Assembly (NCBI RefSeq): GCF_009914755.1
Contig: NC_060937.1
Source: the human T2T-CHM13v2.0 reference genome, Homo sapiens
Strand: one strand, 5' to 3'
DNA length: 64,000 nt
Shown: piece by piece, positions 1-15,140 of the stretch
Position numbering within the stretch: the stretch's first letter is position 1
How the letters are laid out: every line of letters begins with the position of its first letter
Made by a program: the position numbers and the translations under genes
Notes under the pieces: model-generated
Told to the model about the DNA's origin: nothing
The model's database searches: none
The model's input: only the letters and a program-made list of their open reading frames with translations

Positions 1-582
1 AAAAATAAAGTGATCGAGAAAACAGAAAATAAGAGCCCAATATTCCATAATATTCCAGAGTTATTTTCCAAATATAGAGAATGCAATTTGAAAGCATCAG
101 TTAACATTTGATTTAGATTCAAAATATATCAGTAATAATCTTTTATAGTACATTCACAAAAATTATATTATCAGTAGGCAAGTACCAAATGAGTGTTTAA
201 GATACAAACACTGTGGGAATTAAGGTTTTCATAGATAGAAAGGTTGGGGAAGCCACCAAACAGGGACCTTCGGCTGTATAAAAACAGATAGATCAATCAG
301 ATAAAGATTAATGGAGATGGCAGAGCATAGCATTCCTGGAGGATGCAATGAAGGAGGAAGTGCTTGAAAGTAGGAACAACTAAGATGAGTTCTGATGTCC
401 ATGAAAAATAGAGCATTCATCCTAGGGGGTGATAAAAATGAGAATGATTAAGTTGGTCTGCAGGTGATAGATCCCGGACTTGATCCACTAGTCTGTAGAT
501 ACAATTTCAAGTATTTGATCTAGAAAAGATATAATAAAAGTGGTGTTCAAAATGATTAAATGGCAACTACTGCATGAGCTGG

Positions 583-993
583 TGATATGATTTGGATCCG
601 TAGTGTCCTCACCCAAATTTCATGTTGAAATGTAACCCTCAGTGCTGGGGGTGGGGCCTGGTGGGAGGTGATTGGATCATAAGGATGGTTTCTCATGGTT
701 TCCCACCCTTGGTGCTGCCGTAACAATAGTGAGTTCTCATGAAAATTGGTTGCTTAAATGTATGCAGCACCTCCCCCTGCCTCTTGCTCCTGCTCCAGCC
801 ATGTAAGATATGCCTGCTTCCCCTTCACCTTCCGCCATGATTGTAAGTTTCCTGAGGTCTTCACAGAAGCTGAACATATAGCATCATGCTTCCTATATAG
901 CATTTGGAACTGTGGGCCAATTAAACTTATTTTCTTTATAAATTATCCAGTCTTGAATATTTCTTTATAGTGATGCGAGAATGGAATAATACA
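583..993 (+). mobile_element. MaLR solo LTR, MST-family (MSTA/MSTB-like)
   Basis: Starts TGATATGATTTGG and ends AATAATACA. Contains typical MST/THE1 motifs (gtgggaggtgattggatcat, cttccccttcaccttccgccatgattgtaagtttcctgagg, ccaattaaac). Confidence 0.85.
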
Positions 994-1084
994 GATAGGT
1001 AGTTAATAGGAGACATCAGCAGATTGTAAGATCACAGCAGATTTCAAACTTGCTCAAGTTAAAATCACCTGGGCCAATTGTTAA

Positions 1085-1470
1085 ACACATAGCACCTAAA
1101 ATAGTGCCTAGAACTTAGTAGGTACTCAATAAAATACTTGTTGAATTAAACTGAACTTTCTCCAATCTTGAGTCTATGCAAATCCAGGTGTTATTTGTTC
1201 AGGGCTTATGAGTGATAATCATTATGGATATTGTGGTTTAATAGGACAGGAAACTAAATATGTCAAGATTCAAATGAAAAAGTTGCAATATAGAATTGAT
1301 TCACCCATACATTTATTCATTTATTCAGTTAATAAATATTGAGCATCCACAGTGTGCTTCAACTCATCTGTGTGCCAGGGTATGGGGCAAATGAAATAGA
1401 CAAAAATAGATAAAAAAATCTCTGACATCATGGAATTTATGTTTTTAACTGGAGGATAAATAATAAACAA
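1085..1470. mobile_element. L2 3'-end fragments, one on + (1085-1150) and one on - (1310-1470)
   Basis: agtgcctagaacttagtaggtactcaataaaatacttgttgaatt on +, and cattTattcatttattcagttaataaatattgagc on -. Confidence 0.6.
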
Positions 1471-1481
1471 GTGTAACATAT

Positions 1482-2477
<996 letters not shown>

Positions 2478-2852
2478 GAATGGAAACAGGAAAACCAGAG
2501 TATTTATAAATATGTGTATTGGATGCACTGAAGTATTAGGTGTGTTGCATTTTAAGATAGATATCAAATGATGAGGATAATGCTTAATAATTTGTAGTAA
2601 AAACTGACCTGATTGCCTCTTAAAATATGTTCATAAAAAGGGCTACCTAATACAACTTACTATTGGCTCTTTGGTGGTTGCTTTAAAGAGAGAATGGAAC
2701 ATGAGTGAGAACTCAAGGGACTGGTGATATTTGGATAGACAGAGAACGGAATGTAAAGAATAGGCAACGTTGTCTGAACCCCTTGGTCTCTACCTGATAC
2801 CAAAGCTTCCCTTTAAAATTCAGGGCCATTATTGTTTTATTTGTCTTCTTTG

Positions 2853-3406
2853 TGTGATGGTTAATTTCAGGTGTTAACTTGACTGGATTATGGGATACTC
2901 AGTGGCTGGTAAAGCATTACTCCTGTGTATGTCTTTGAGGGTGTTTTTAGAAGAGATTGGCATTTGAAAGAGTGGACTGAGTAAGAAAGATTCACCCTCA
3001 CCCAGTATGGGCAGGCACAACCCAATCTGTTGAAGTCCTGGATAGAATAAAAAGGCAGAGAAAAGGTGAATTCTTCTCTCTCTGTCTTGAAGCTGGGACA
3101 CTCATCTTCTCCTGCCATTTAACATCAGAACTCCAGGTTCTCTGGCCTTCAAAGTCTAGGACTTGCACCAGCAGACCCTCAGTTTCTCAGGCCTTTGGTT
3201 TCAGACTGAGAGTTACACCATTGGCTCCTTGGTTCTTAGGCCTTTGAACTTGAACTAAGCTACACTACTGGCTTTCCTGGTTCTCCAGATTGCAGATGGC
3301 ATATCATGGGACTTCTGAGCCTCCTAATCACATAAGCCAACTCCTTCAAAAATCTCTTCCATCTATCATGTATATATAATCTATCTATCACCTATCTTTA
3401 TCTTTC

Positions 3407-3460
<54 letters not shown>

Positions 3461-3550
3461 TATTTATCTATTTATCTACCTTTCATCTCTCTCTGTCTCT
3501 CTCATCTACCTCCTATTGGTTCTGTTCTGCTAGAGAACCCTGACTAATAA
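2853..3550 (+). mobile_element. MLT2 (ERVL) solo LTR
   Basis: Starts tgtgatggttaattt...aacttgactgg, ends tcctattggttctgtt...gagaaccctgactaat. Carries the usual internal simple repeat. Confidence 0.85.
3407..3460. repeat. (TCTA)n tetranucleotide microsatellite inside MLT2
   Basis: About 13 perfect ATCT units seen directly. Confidence 0.97.
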
Positions 3551-6500
3551 AGTTCAGTTTGTTTTACTCCTCCTCATTTACTGGAATTATAACAAAATTC
3601 AAAATCATTATTGAATACAAAATTAATTGGTATTGAAGGAGGATGGTGATGGAATGTCTATTTCCACCTCAAGAGCAGTGTCCTGTTTATCATTGACCAT
3701 TTAAGTTCATTCCATAAGGGTCCAAAATAAAAAGATGCTTGTAGAACAAAGAATAAAATATTTTTTTTAAAAACAGAGCATTTTATCAGATATGTGCACT
3801 CAAAAAACAAAATCTGTAAACTGTAAACTGAGGTTGAAAACTGGGCAGAATTGGGGCCCGTTTAAATGAATGATTCCTCTAGAAAACATATATATGTTTC
3901 TACCTTGTGAAATGACCTTCAGTGAACATTTAAGTAAATATCAGTGCACTAAACCTATACATTTTCAGCCATTTTGAAACTGAGTGGGATTTTGCTGAGT
4001 TTCAGGGGTTCAGTAGACTCCTATTGGTCAATATCATGAATGACTCCTCCATGTAACAAGATAGAAGACACCAGTAGAGTTCAGTCATTTCTATTGAAAG
4101 TCATAACAATTTTCCTTTGAATAAGATCACTTTTAAACATATCTTGGTGGTGAATTATTTATATCTTTCAAGTCTTTGCTGCTGAGGTGGAGAACTTGAA
4201 AATGGTTTTCTCACAGTAGAAATTTACTTCATGTTAAACACACACAGGAAACAAATTTACTACTTTTTTAAAGAAATAAACACAGAAGCAAATGAAATGT
4301 GCTAATGTGCTCCCAATTAGCACATTCATTAAGGACTATTATGAATGCAGTAATGAACTTTTTGCTTCTGATTGAGGAGAGAATTCACAATAATAAATTA
4401 GTGAGTGTATCTGCTGGAAGTTGCCAAATTATAGGGCTGAGTGAATACTACTAATAAAATCATTCACCACCCACATGAAAATGATAAATATGAATCTGAA
4501 AACGTGAAAAACATCCTTCACATAAGTGTAGGTCTTTCTTTGAGGAAATGCCAGGTAAAAATTAATCTTGAACATAAATGTGGCTTCAACTTGTTGATTT
4601 ATTTGCCCAAGAGTTTGGGTTTGAGGCATTAGCTTTCCTGTGTTCAGACAAGGGTGACTCCCATTAAACCTAGAGTGAAATGAAAAAATCTTTTATTTTC
4701 AGTTTATCAGGTCCTGCTTAACACTGCAGGAATCACAAAGCCTTAGGCATGTTAACCAGCATGAATGTGAGCTGGTTAGAAGAAATAGCTTTAATGCAGA
4801 TTGCAGTAGAAGTGGAACACTGGAAACTGCTACCTGATACGTTCGACCCTATTACTGGTGATAGGATAGTAGGTAGTAGAAGTAGGTGTGAAGATGTTCA
4901 TGATAATGGTGGTGATGATGATAGGAACGGTTTCAATTTGTTGAGTTCTTGCTTGATCAATGTGTTATACAGATTATTTTTGTACTTTTACAATCATGTG
5001 AAGAAATTATTACTTCTTTCAAAGAGAAAGAAAATGTTCTCTTTCTCCAGAGGAAGAAACAAATACACCAATATTATTTTTATAGAATTCAGTACTTTTA
5101 TGGTTGATAAGACCTTCTCTACATTCCTACAAGATCTTTTTTGCCTGGAAAATCTTTCTTTGTCATCATTCTCTGTGTATTTAAATATTAGCTAATTGAG
5201 AAGTGTTGACTATCCAGCTAAAGAGAGTTCACCAACTTAATTTTGGTTTAACATTTTAAAATATTTTCTAGTTGTGTTTTCCATCTTCCTACTCAAAGTT
5301 CTTCAAAGTTAGAGAATGCCCTCTATTTATTTTGATCCTCCCAAGACTCTACAGTAAGTGCTCTAATTAGAACAGAAATTCAATAAGCTTTATTGTTCAG
5401 TGAGATGAGACTCTACCATGTTTTTAAATATTTCTGAAAATGAGATTCCTCAGCGTCCTATGGAAACACATCCCATGGTTTATCAGCATTAACTATCAAG
5501 AAATTTGCCCTTGGTTCTTGTCTGAATACCTCCTGCCATTTCCTCTCTTCACTGTCTTCAAACATTCTCTGTATGATAGCCCTTTATATACTTGGAAGTT
5601 TCATGTCTTCCTTCAGCTGCTTCTTAAGACAAAATCATGGGCCTTCAAATGATCGTTGTATATATTTTTTAACAGTGATGTCTTGCTTGTAGTTGTGTTC
5701 AAAAGAACACCAGAGGAAACATGCAAACACTAAATAAAACCAAAATTGAATTTTTTTTTAGTTCTCTTGTATTTTTGCTCATAGCAAAGTCATGACATAC
5801 TTATATTCTCCAAAATGGTTGTAATGATTAATTTTGAAAGGCTAATTATTAGACTTATTTGCAGTTCTCCATGAGCTTGAGTTTTCTGTAAGTTACATTC
5901 ATAGATATTTTTTTTTTTCTGTAGAAACTTCGGTTTTTATTTTCCTCTAAAAACTTTTGATTAAAGGTGGTGGTCAGTGGGGTGGAGGGGATAAGTCAGA
6001 AAGGTGCTGACTACTTCTAGCCAGAAATGTTGAACTTTTTATTCTATTCCACATTCGTTTTTTCCTAAGAAGATAGAAGTTATGTTTATAAAGCTGGATT
6101 TTCTCACGGCAGTAGGTTGAGGCATTGGTGCTTATAATGGATACGTTTCAGTATTCTCCCCAAACAGACCCAGCCCCTAATCCCTGTTTTAAAGTGTTCC
6201 TTTTAGTGTCACATTGCAAAATTAATCTTTCCATTTGCTTCACTCCACAACGTTTAATACTTCTTGACTCCACATAAAGCACCGTGACATGAGCTTTAAA
6301 TAAAAGCTGGATAGGGCTAAGTTGTGTGCATATTGTGTTTGGGATTAAGAAACTAAATTCGACAGGTAATGGAGTCGGATTTAACTGCTCTATGATGCTA
6401 AACTGTGAGGTGTCATGTCAATCATCTGTCCAGGAAATATAAGCTATAAAAGAAAAGTGCGATGTATTTCAGATGCCTAATCACACAAGCAAAAGGTTAG

Positions 6501-7413
6501 CTCTTCAAGGAGGGGTAGTGTGTAGACTGCTACTCGTCATCTCTCTCTGGGGAACTCTGGGAGTTAAGGCTGTCATACAAATAGGCTTATTTGCTTGAGG
6601 ATTAGCTAGGTTTCCTAGGAGACATGATAAAGAAACTTCTGCAACAATTGGACAGTTCCTCATATTAAATAAAGGGAAAACAAAACTTTAAAGCAGTAAG
6701 GAAATGAATGTGGGGCATTTAGAGAGTGTCTCCTGCATACTTAATAGAAAAAAGCATGTCAGGTATAAAAGAGAAATATATTTCAAAAAATTTCTTGCTA
6801 AGAGAGTTACCAATAATATTAAACACTTGCTCTTATTTTTGATGACCAGGAAGTTTTCAGCTCAATTTTGTATTCAATCACAATAACTACATTCGTTTCT
6901 TTGATAAATTTTATTCTATTTCTGTGCTCCAACTTAGTATTTTTCCATCTAGTTTAACTGCCCATTTTGATTGTAATTCTTTCTTTGAATGAGGTAAGAT
7001 ATAATTAATAAATGACAAAATAAAACATCCTTTACAAATAATGATTATCTATCTACCCATCTGTCTATTCTGAAGGATGACACAAAGGGTGTTTGGAACT
7101 GAATTGCTGAAGTGTGTGATTACGCATTTAGTCCAGTGTCTCAACTTGATGTGTAGTGCTTTTACTGTGAAATTCCCATTAACACTGATTGTCCAATTTA
7201 GTGCTTCATTAATGAGCCATAGACCACTTGTAAATTTCTGACTTACAGAATCAACCACATTTAAAGTTTTATTCTTCTGGAAATGTCTTCACCTGACAAG
7301 CTGGTAATAAATACTTTGCATTCTTTTATCCACTTAACCCTTCTACCATATCAATTTGGGCTGCCGTCAGTTGTCATTCTTTTTTAAAAAATGTATCTAA
7401 CATTTAGGGCAAC

Positions 7414-7692
7414 AATAATTATAAGAGCAAACATTTGTATGATGCTTACTGTGTGCTGAGTTTGAGTTTTAGTGTCATTTACTGATGGCTTGTGATGTTC
7501 CAGGTGTGCTGTTGAGAGCATTCTTCATCTATAAACTCATGTAATCCACCTGACACTGTGGTGATGTGACTACTCTTATTATGCCCATTTTATTCATGAA
7601 GTAACTGAGAGAGGTTAAATAACTTGCTTAGAGTTACAGATCTGCTAAGTATTGGATCTGGAATTTGAATTGGGAAAGTCTAGCTCTAGAGT
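7414..7692 (-). mobile_element. MIR
   Basis: attatgcccattttattcatgaagtaactgagagaggttaaataacttgc is the reverse complement of the MIR core. Confidence 0.8.
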
Positions 7693-10627
7693 ATGTCTTC
7701 TAAAGTGTGGTCTTATGAACTAAGTACATATTCATCCTCAGGAAGTATAAAAGGGCTTTACAAAGAAATTGATGGATTCACCTATAATATCCAAAGCAGT
7801 TGCACCACAATCAAGCTTTACATAAAAGGTTTTGCTTTTTGCTTTTTTGATAGAACCCTTGGTGTCTGTACCCACATTAATTCAGTTAGCTCTAAGGCAG
7901 CATTCTGGGTACTATGTTTTATATTCAGAAAGCTAACAATTTGCAGATAAACACTGACCATATTTAGAATAAACTAATTTAAAATTTTTGTCATCAAAAA
8001 CAGTATTATCACAGTCCACATACTTTGAAAGCAATAAATGATGATATGCAAATATCACTAATAGTTATGATCAATTGAATCCATAGAATGAATAAAAGTA
8101 TATAAAAATGTATGTAAGGCATTTGAGGACTTGACTTTGATAAGCAAAAAAGACGCAGAATTATTTTCTGCCTGAAGCTAGAAGAAAAAGTTGTCATATC
8201 TGGAATGTGCTTTTACCCAATTCTGCCAGTCAAAATCATTCCCATTCTTCAAAGTCCATGTCTTCAGAGAGCTTTCTTGATTCTCTGACTCCTCTAGGAT
8301 ACTGTGTGCTTCTTTGAGATTTCCTCTAACACAGTGCCTTGTATATTAGCTTTTTGTGTAATTCTCTCACATATTACTTTGTAAATTCTCGGAGGGCAAG
8401 GACAATATCTTCTCCACCTTTATGCATGTTGATAGGCAATCAACAAATATGCACTGATTGACTGGCTGGCAGCCTTAGGTGGTCTCTAGTGGCTTTCTAC
8501 ATTTGAATTGGGTTATTAATACACTGGGAAACAAATTTGTAAATCAAATTTATTCCAACACTTGTAATGAGTGGATAGAACCTAAAGTGATCAGAGAAAA
8601 TTAAAATAAAAAAGCAATTACATATGGACAGTCTAATAAGGAGAGCTGCCTCACCTTTCAAAGTAAGTTGAATGAACAAGTTCTCAGAAGAGGATCAGGA
8701 ATCATCCATTGAAAAATGTAGACTAGAAATATTTTCCTGATGGGCTAAAGATTCTTTTATCTATGTAAGCAGAAAGCAGTTAACCTAAAATATTACCAGT
8801 TCCTCATTATCTACAAACTTTGAATTATAATATGACAAATGAAGGAAAGTGACTTAATGACAAATTCAAACAAATGTCAGTTGTCTTAATGGGATATATT
8901 ATAATGAGAACTGGAGGGTGAGACCATATCAGAAACAGCCCCTGAATTAGTCAAAAGTTGGGGAGACAATATTTAATAGAAACATTTAAATAACTAGAAG
9001 GGAAAACTCTAAAACCTCAAATATAATAGAAATTATATATGCTGGATTACTGTACAAATCATTTTGTTTTGATTCTTGATTTAACAAAATACTTTCAGAT
9101 TACCAAGTTGGCGTTCCACATTCTTTGATACTATTTGTAGGTGTCTGGATTTTAGACTTAATTGTTTTAGTTTCACTTTAGATTTATATTCTATTGATCA
9201 ATACTCTTTAGGTTAATATCCTGATTTATCAATAATACTCTTTAAAGAATGGGTAATGTGAATCAATTGACGAAATATGTTCATTCCCAAGTGATAATCC
9301 CATCCTAGGCCAACCCTCTTGCTACAATGCTTTCACGGTGCGGGGCACCATTTTCTTGTATATAATCTAGGACAAAAAACGTATGCACAAACACCCTCAT
9401 GAGTTTTCTCTGTGCTTTTATGCATATTCAGCCAGACCATAACAGTTACTCTCCTGTAGGCCAAGTAATTGCCAGATATCACCATTATGTCTGGGCAGAT
9501 TGTTTGGGTCCTCTGAAGACAATCTCAGAATATCACTTGGCTTTTACTAAATTATAAATAATTTGCTTCATCCTGCATTTCTGCTTTTCCAAAAGTCTTT
9601 TTCATCAGATCTTCTCACAAGAAAATGGAACTTTTCTCCCAAGGACAGAGTACATCTTGAATGCACAATTATGTATCTTAGCCAAAGTTTATCTTTTAAA
9701 TAAAACACGGCGCCTGTGTGTACCCTTGGCTCATATATTTGCCTTTCTTGTATAATCCCTTTTAATTACTACTTTTTAACAACATTTCTTTATTTTAATA
9801 TTAACATAGTACCCCATTAAAATTATTGGTTGCATTTGGTAACAGGTAAGTAGCCAGTGCTTGATAAATGACTTTTGCAAAGAGAGAAGCAATGTGAAAG
9901 ACTTCAGAAGTTATCATGAAAGATAGGAGTCCTCAAAAATCATTTGGATATACTTAAAAAAGCATCACTGTTTTTCACAATGACTGAGTGCTGAGTTCCA
10001 GAAGAAGTGGGGATCTCTAAAGGTTACCCTTGCACTTTTATTTTGCAGTAGACATTGTAAAAGGCACAATATTGAAGCTATTAAAATTTAGATTGGTTAT
10101 GTGATTTGCACAGAAAACACACTGTGTTTTGAGTTGAAAATCTTTTGGGAATAAGTCTGATGCCAGAGAGGAAGTGTAATTTAGAGACAGAAATGTACAT
10201 TTCTTCCCTCGGGTGGAGGGAAGGGAATAGAGAATGTTTTTTAAAGTGTCGTCTCCATTTACATCCATAGGAGGTGGGAGAAAAAAAAAGCACTCCAATT
10301 TTCTAGTCTGGTTCATTAATCACATTAGCAATGTTTAGGGAAAACACAAGACAGAATGAAACACAGTTCCAACTGGCATATTGCAGCATTTTGGGTTTCT
10401 AGAATACAGCATAGGACTAAAAAATACTGTAAATAATTTCCAAGAAATAAACAATAATTATAAAAAATTCAGTGTTTCGAGGTTCTGAGTTCATTTTAAA
10501 GAACATAAGCTTACAAAAATATGAGAATACAATAAGATCTGAACATTTTATAAATATGTATGTAATAGAATACTATCAAATTATTTGAAAATTAGAGATA
10601 GTTACCTAAAAGGAAATAGGCATTGCA

Positions 10628-11600
<973 letters not shown>

Positions 11601-11841
11601 CTATCTAGAGAGTAAATAAATGCTAATTAAATGTCAAGTTTTCCATGTCTTCTCAAGATACCTGGGATATGAAAAACCCTATAGACTATGAGATATGTCT
11701 TCAAGAAAATAAAATCTAGTTCAGAAAGTACAGAAAACATGTAGAAGATAATTATGTAAAGAAGTATAAGGGCCAAATGAAGGATTCAGATAGTAACTAC
11801 ATACACATTATGATTTGAAAGAATTCAAACAAAAAACTCTT

Positions 11842-12170
11842 CATGTCCTTTGCAGGGACATGGATGAAGCTGGAAACCATCATTCTCAGCAAACTATCGC
11901 AAGGACAAAAAACCAAACACTGCATGTTCTCGCTCATAGATGGGAATTGAACAATGAGAACACATGGACACAGGAAGGGGAACATCACACACCAGGGACT
12001 GTTGTGAGGTGGGGGGAGGGGGGAGGGAAAGCATTAGGAGATATACCTAATGCTAAATGACGAGTTAATGGGTGCAGCACACCAACATGGCACATGTATA
12101 CATATGTAACAAACCTGCACATTGTGCACATGTATCCTAAAACTTAAAGTATAATAATAAAAAAAAGCAA
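11842..12170 (+). mobile_element. 5'-truncated L1PA (L1PA4/5-like) 3' end
   Basis: ORF2 C-terminus MSFAGTWMKLETIILSKLSQGQKTKHCMFSL, G-rich 3'UTR, aacttaaagtataataataaaaaaa. TSD aaaaaactctt at 11831-11841 and 12177-12187. Confidence 0.95.
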
Positions 12171-12338
12171 TTAAAAAAAAAACTCTTGCCCTATTAATAT
12201 TTTTTCTATCCATAATAGACTATGTATTACTTATTTCTGTATTTATTTATTGTTTTATATTGTTATCTGTTTTATACATGTGTGGTTTGAATCTCAGTGA
12301 TATGTAAGATCTTAGACATCCTGACTATATACTAACTA

Positions 12339-12705
12339 GAGATGCTCCTTGGTATAGGATGGGGTTATGCTCAGATAAATCCATCATAAGCTAAAAATAT
12401 TGAAAGTTGAAAATGCATTTAATACACCAAACCTACTGAACATTATAGCTTAGCCTAGCCTGCCTTAAACATTCTCAGTACTCTGTCAGTACAGTATTTG
12501 GTGAATTATATGAGATATTCATCATTTTATTATAAAATAGGTTTTGTGTGGCATGTTCTGATCCAGCATAATGAGAGAGTATTAAACCACATATTACTAG
12601 CCCAGAAAAAGATCAAAATTCAAAATTGGAAGTCTGTTTTCTACTGAATACATATTACTGTTGTACCATTGTAAAATCAAAAAATAATAAGTTGGGGATT
12701 ATCGG
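12339..12705. mobile_element. MER47/Tigger5-derived MITE (TcMar-Tigger)
   Basis: Ends gagatgctcct... and ...aagttggggattatcgg, flanked by TA on both sides. Internal aaaatgcatttaatacacc...tagcttagcctagcct. Confidence 0.8.
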
Positions 12706-12999
12706 TACTTACTAAGCAGATTATGAATTGAGTTAAAGAGCAAAACATTTGTTCATTAATTATAATAATCAATAATTATAATAATGTATAACATAATACT
12801 TATTCATGAAAATTGCCACGAGTCTTCAGCACCCGACTGAAAAAATAGTGTAGCCAATCATGCTGTTATTACGAATTATACGTAACACTATAAACAAGCC
12901 CAACAGCATACTTATTAAGCTTTTTAAGAGTATATTTACACTTTTCTCAGATTGTATATGAGGGGAGTGAATATTTGGGAAGCACTTTGGGAAGATGAT

Positions 13000-13130
13000 C
13001 CAAAGTGGGGATTAAAAGCATAGGCTTTGGTGTCAAAACCATTCAGATACCATGTTTCTACTTCTTTGGGGAAGTCTAAACTTTCATTTGCTCTTATGTA
13101 AAACTGGGATAATAATAGTATGTATTATTA
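13000..13130 (+). mobile_element. MIR fragment
   Basis: agtggggattaaaagcataggctttgg...tgtaaaactgggataataatagta. Confidence 0.55.
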
Positions 13131-13424
13131 GTGTATGTTTGCATGGGCAATGAATACACAGTATAAATAATAATTTATTATTATATGCTCTTTATCTTTA
13201 AAGATGTTTACAAATGAAAAAGTAGTTAAGAGAAAAGTGATTGAAAACAGGTAATTACATATGCTGTTATAATTTTGTCTATGACTATTGCATACAAAAA
13301 ATGGGAGCAAAATTAATAAATTCAAATGGAAAATGACAGTCATTAAGTTTTAATGACTTTTTATGTTATTAAAACATTATATGAGGATTATTGCTTTGCT
13401 AGGCAGATACTGTTCTTTCATACA

Positions 13425-13960
13425 TTTCATTCTTTCATACATTTATACATATTGAGACATACTGATTGGTTACCAGCTATGTATAAAATATTCTGAACAG
13501 TGCTTGCCTTCAGGAAGCTTGTAATTAAGCAAATAATTTTTAGATAACAATTCTGGTTAATGTATGAGAAGAAATGCTTGTTTCTATGAGAATGTATATA
13601 AGCGGGACCTCTGTAGTCTGAGGGAATCAGAGAAGGCTTTTCAGAGGAACTAAAATTTAAGCCCAAAACAAAGGATAAGAAGCATTTATTAAGAGATAGG
13701 TAAGTTATCCAGGAAGAGAGATCCATGTATATGGATCCATAATATATGCAGAGTGGCCTAGATGAGAGAAGACTTAGAACTCCAAAGCACTTCTAGCTGT
13801 GCAATGTGGCTGGAGGGGAAGCAGCAATAGGGAGGATAGAGTAAAAGAGGTGAGAGACTGAGGCAGAGGCCAGTTGGTAAAGAACTCCTCATCTAACTCA
13901 AAGTTATTGGACTTTGTTCTAAGAGCAACTAGAAGACTGAGGGGTTTTAAGCAGAAGAAA
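13425..13960 (-). mobile_element. L2 fragment
   Basis: ttcattctttcatacatttat...tgccttcaggaagcttg...atcagagaaggcttttcagagga...ggttttaagcag. Confidence 0.7.
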
Positions 13961-14071
13961 GAGTAGACTCTTGTCTCATTTCAATGTTTCTAAATGAATG
14001 AATGAATGAATCACTATGTTACTTTGGAAAAGCCTGTACATTTCAGTTTTCTCATCTTTAAAGTGGAAGTT

Positions 14072-14372
14072 GGCCAGGTGTGGTGGCTCATGTCTGTAAT
14101 CCTAGTACTTTGGGAGGCTGAGGTGGGAGGAACTGAGGCCAAGAGTTAGAGGCCAGCCTGGGCAATATAGAGAGACCCTATCTCTACAATTTTTATTTTA
14201 ATTAACTGGGTGTGGTGACACATGCCTGCAGTCCTACCTACTTGAGAGGCTGAAGCAGGAGGATCACTTAAGCCCAGGAGTCTGAGGCTGCAGCAAGCAA
14301 TGACTGTGGCACTGCACTCCAGCCTGAGTAATAGAATGAGACCCCATCAATAAAAAAATAAAAAATAATAAA
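14072..14372 (+). mobile_element. AluJ inserted in a MIR remnant
   Basis: AluJ diagnostics (ggatcacttaagcccaggag, gaggctgcag). MIR core tcagttttctcatctttaaagtgg lies just upstream. Confidence 0.92.
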
Positions 14373-15119
14373 ATTGAGGTAATAACAATGAATCATGGAG
14401 TTCTTCTAGGGAGAAAATGGTATAATTAGTGGAAGCGTTTGTAAACCAATAAGTTGAGAGAGAGAAAAAAGTGAAAGCAAGAGAGAAAGAGATAGAGAGA
14501 ATGAGAATAAGAATGTGTAAAATGCACTGTTCAAAAAACCTGGCCCATGGCCTCAAAGTATTTAAAACTCTTACCTTCCACATTATTCCATATTGACACC
14601 ATTCTGTAGGGCTTGTGAGGTAAGGAGTGGGAAGACGAGTACAAAAAATTGTGAATGATAGACAGGGATTAAATTATTCTATTTATGGAAATAAGAAAAA
14701 GAACCCTTTTGTGTTATTGCTGCAAAAGATTTTAGATTTCTGAGTTAGTTCATTTCAGTTACAAAGAGAGAACAAAATATAGCGTTAAAAAGATCATTTT
14801 ATTATTTTCTTTTTTTGGAGTGGCATTAAGATACTTCTTAGTATATAAACCAGAGTCTCTGTACAGAGTGACTATGTCAGACCTATTGAAGGGTCCACTT
14901 AGAAAAAGCTTTTTTCTAGAGCATTATGTCTAGATTTGAAATCAGAGACTTAAAAGATTATAAGGAAAAGCAATAAAAATATGTTTACTTTGGGTATCTG
15001 ACCTGCAGTAAAGACAGCACCTAACTATTTTGGTCAGATGGGTTTTTCTGTCCAGTTATAAAAGATCTCCAGGGCAAAACCTGTTTTATTGAATAATTTT
15101 TGGAATGAACTGCCAAGTC

Positions 15120-15140
15120 AAAAAAAAAAAAAAAAAAAAA
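15120..15140. repeat. Poly(A) tract, 21 nt
   Basis: Seen directly. Confidence 0.9.

Noticed and set aside
4749-5195. 148-aa ORF
   Set aside because: Low-complexity AT-rich composition, no recognisable homology or convincing exon boundaries.
9841-9851. Perfect donor CAG|GTAAGT
   Set aside because: No convincing upstream acceptor or exon. Isolated consensus donors are expected by chance.
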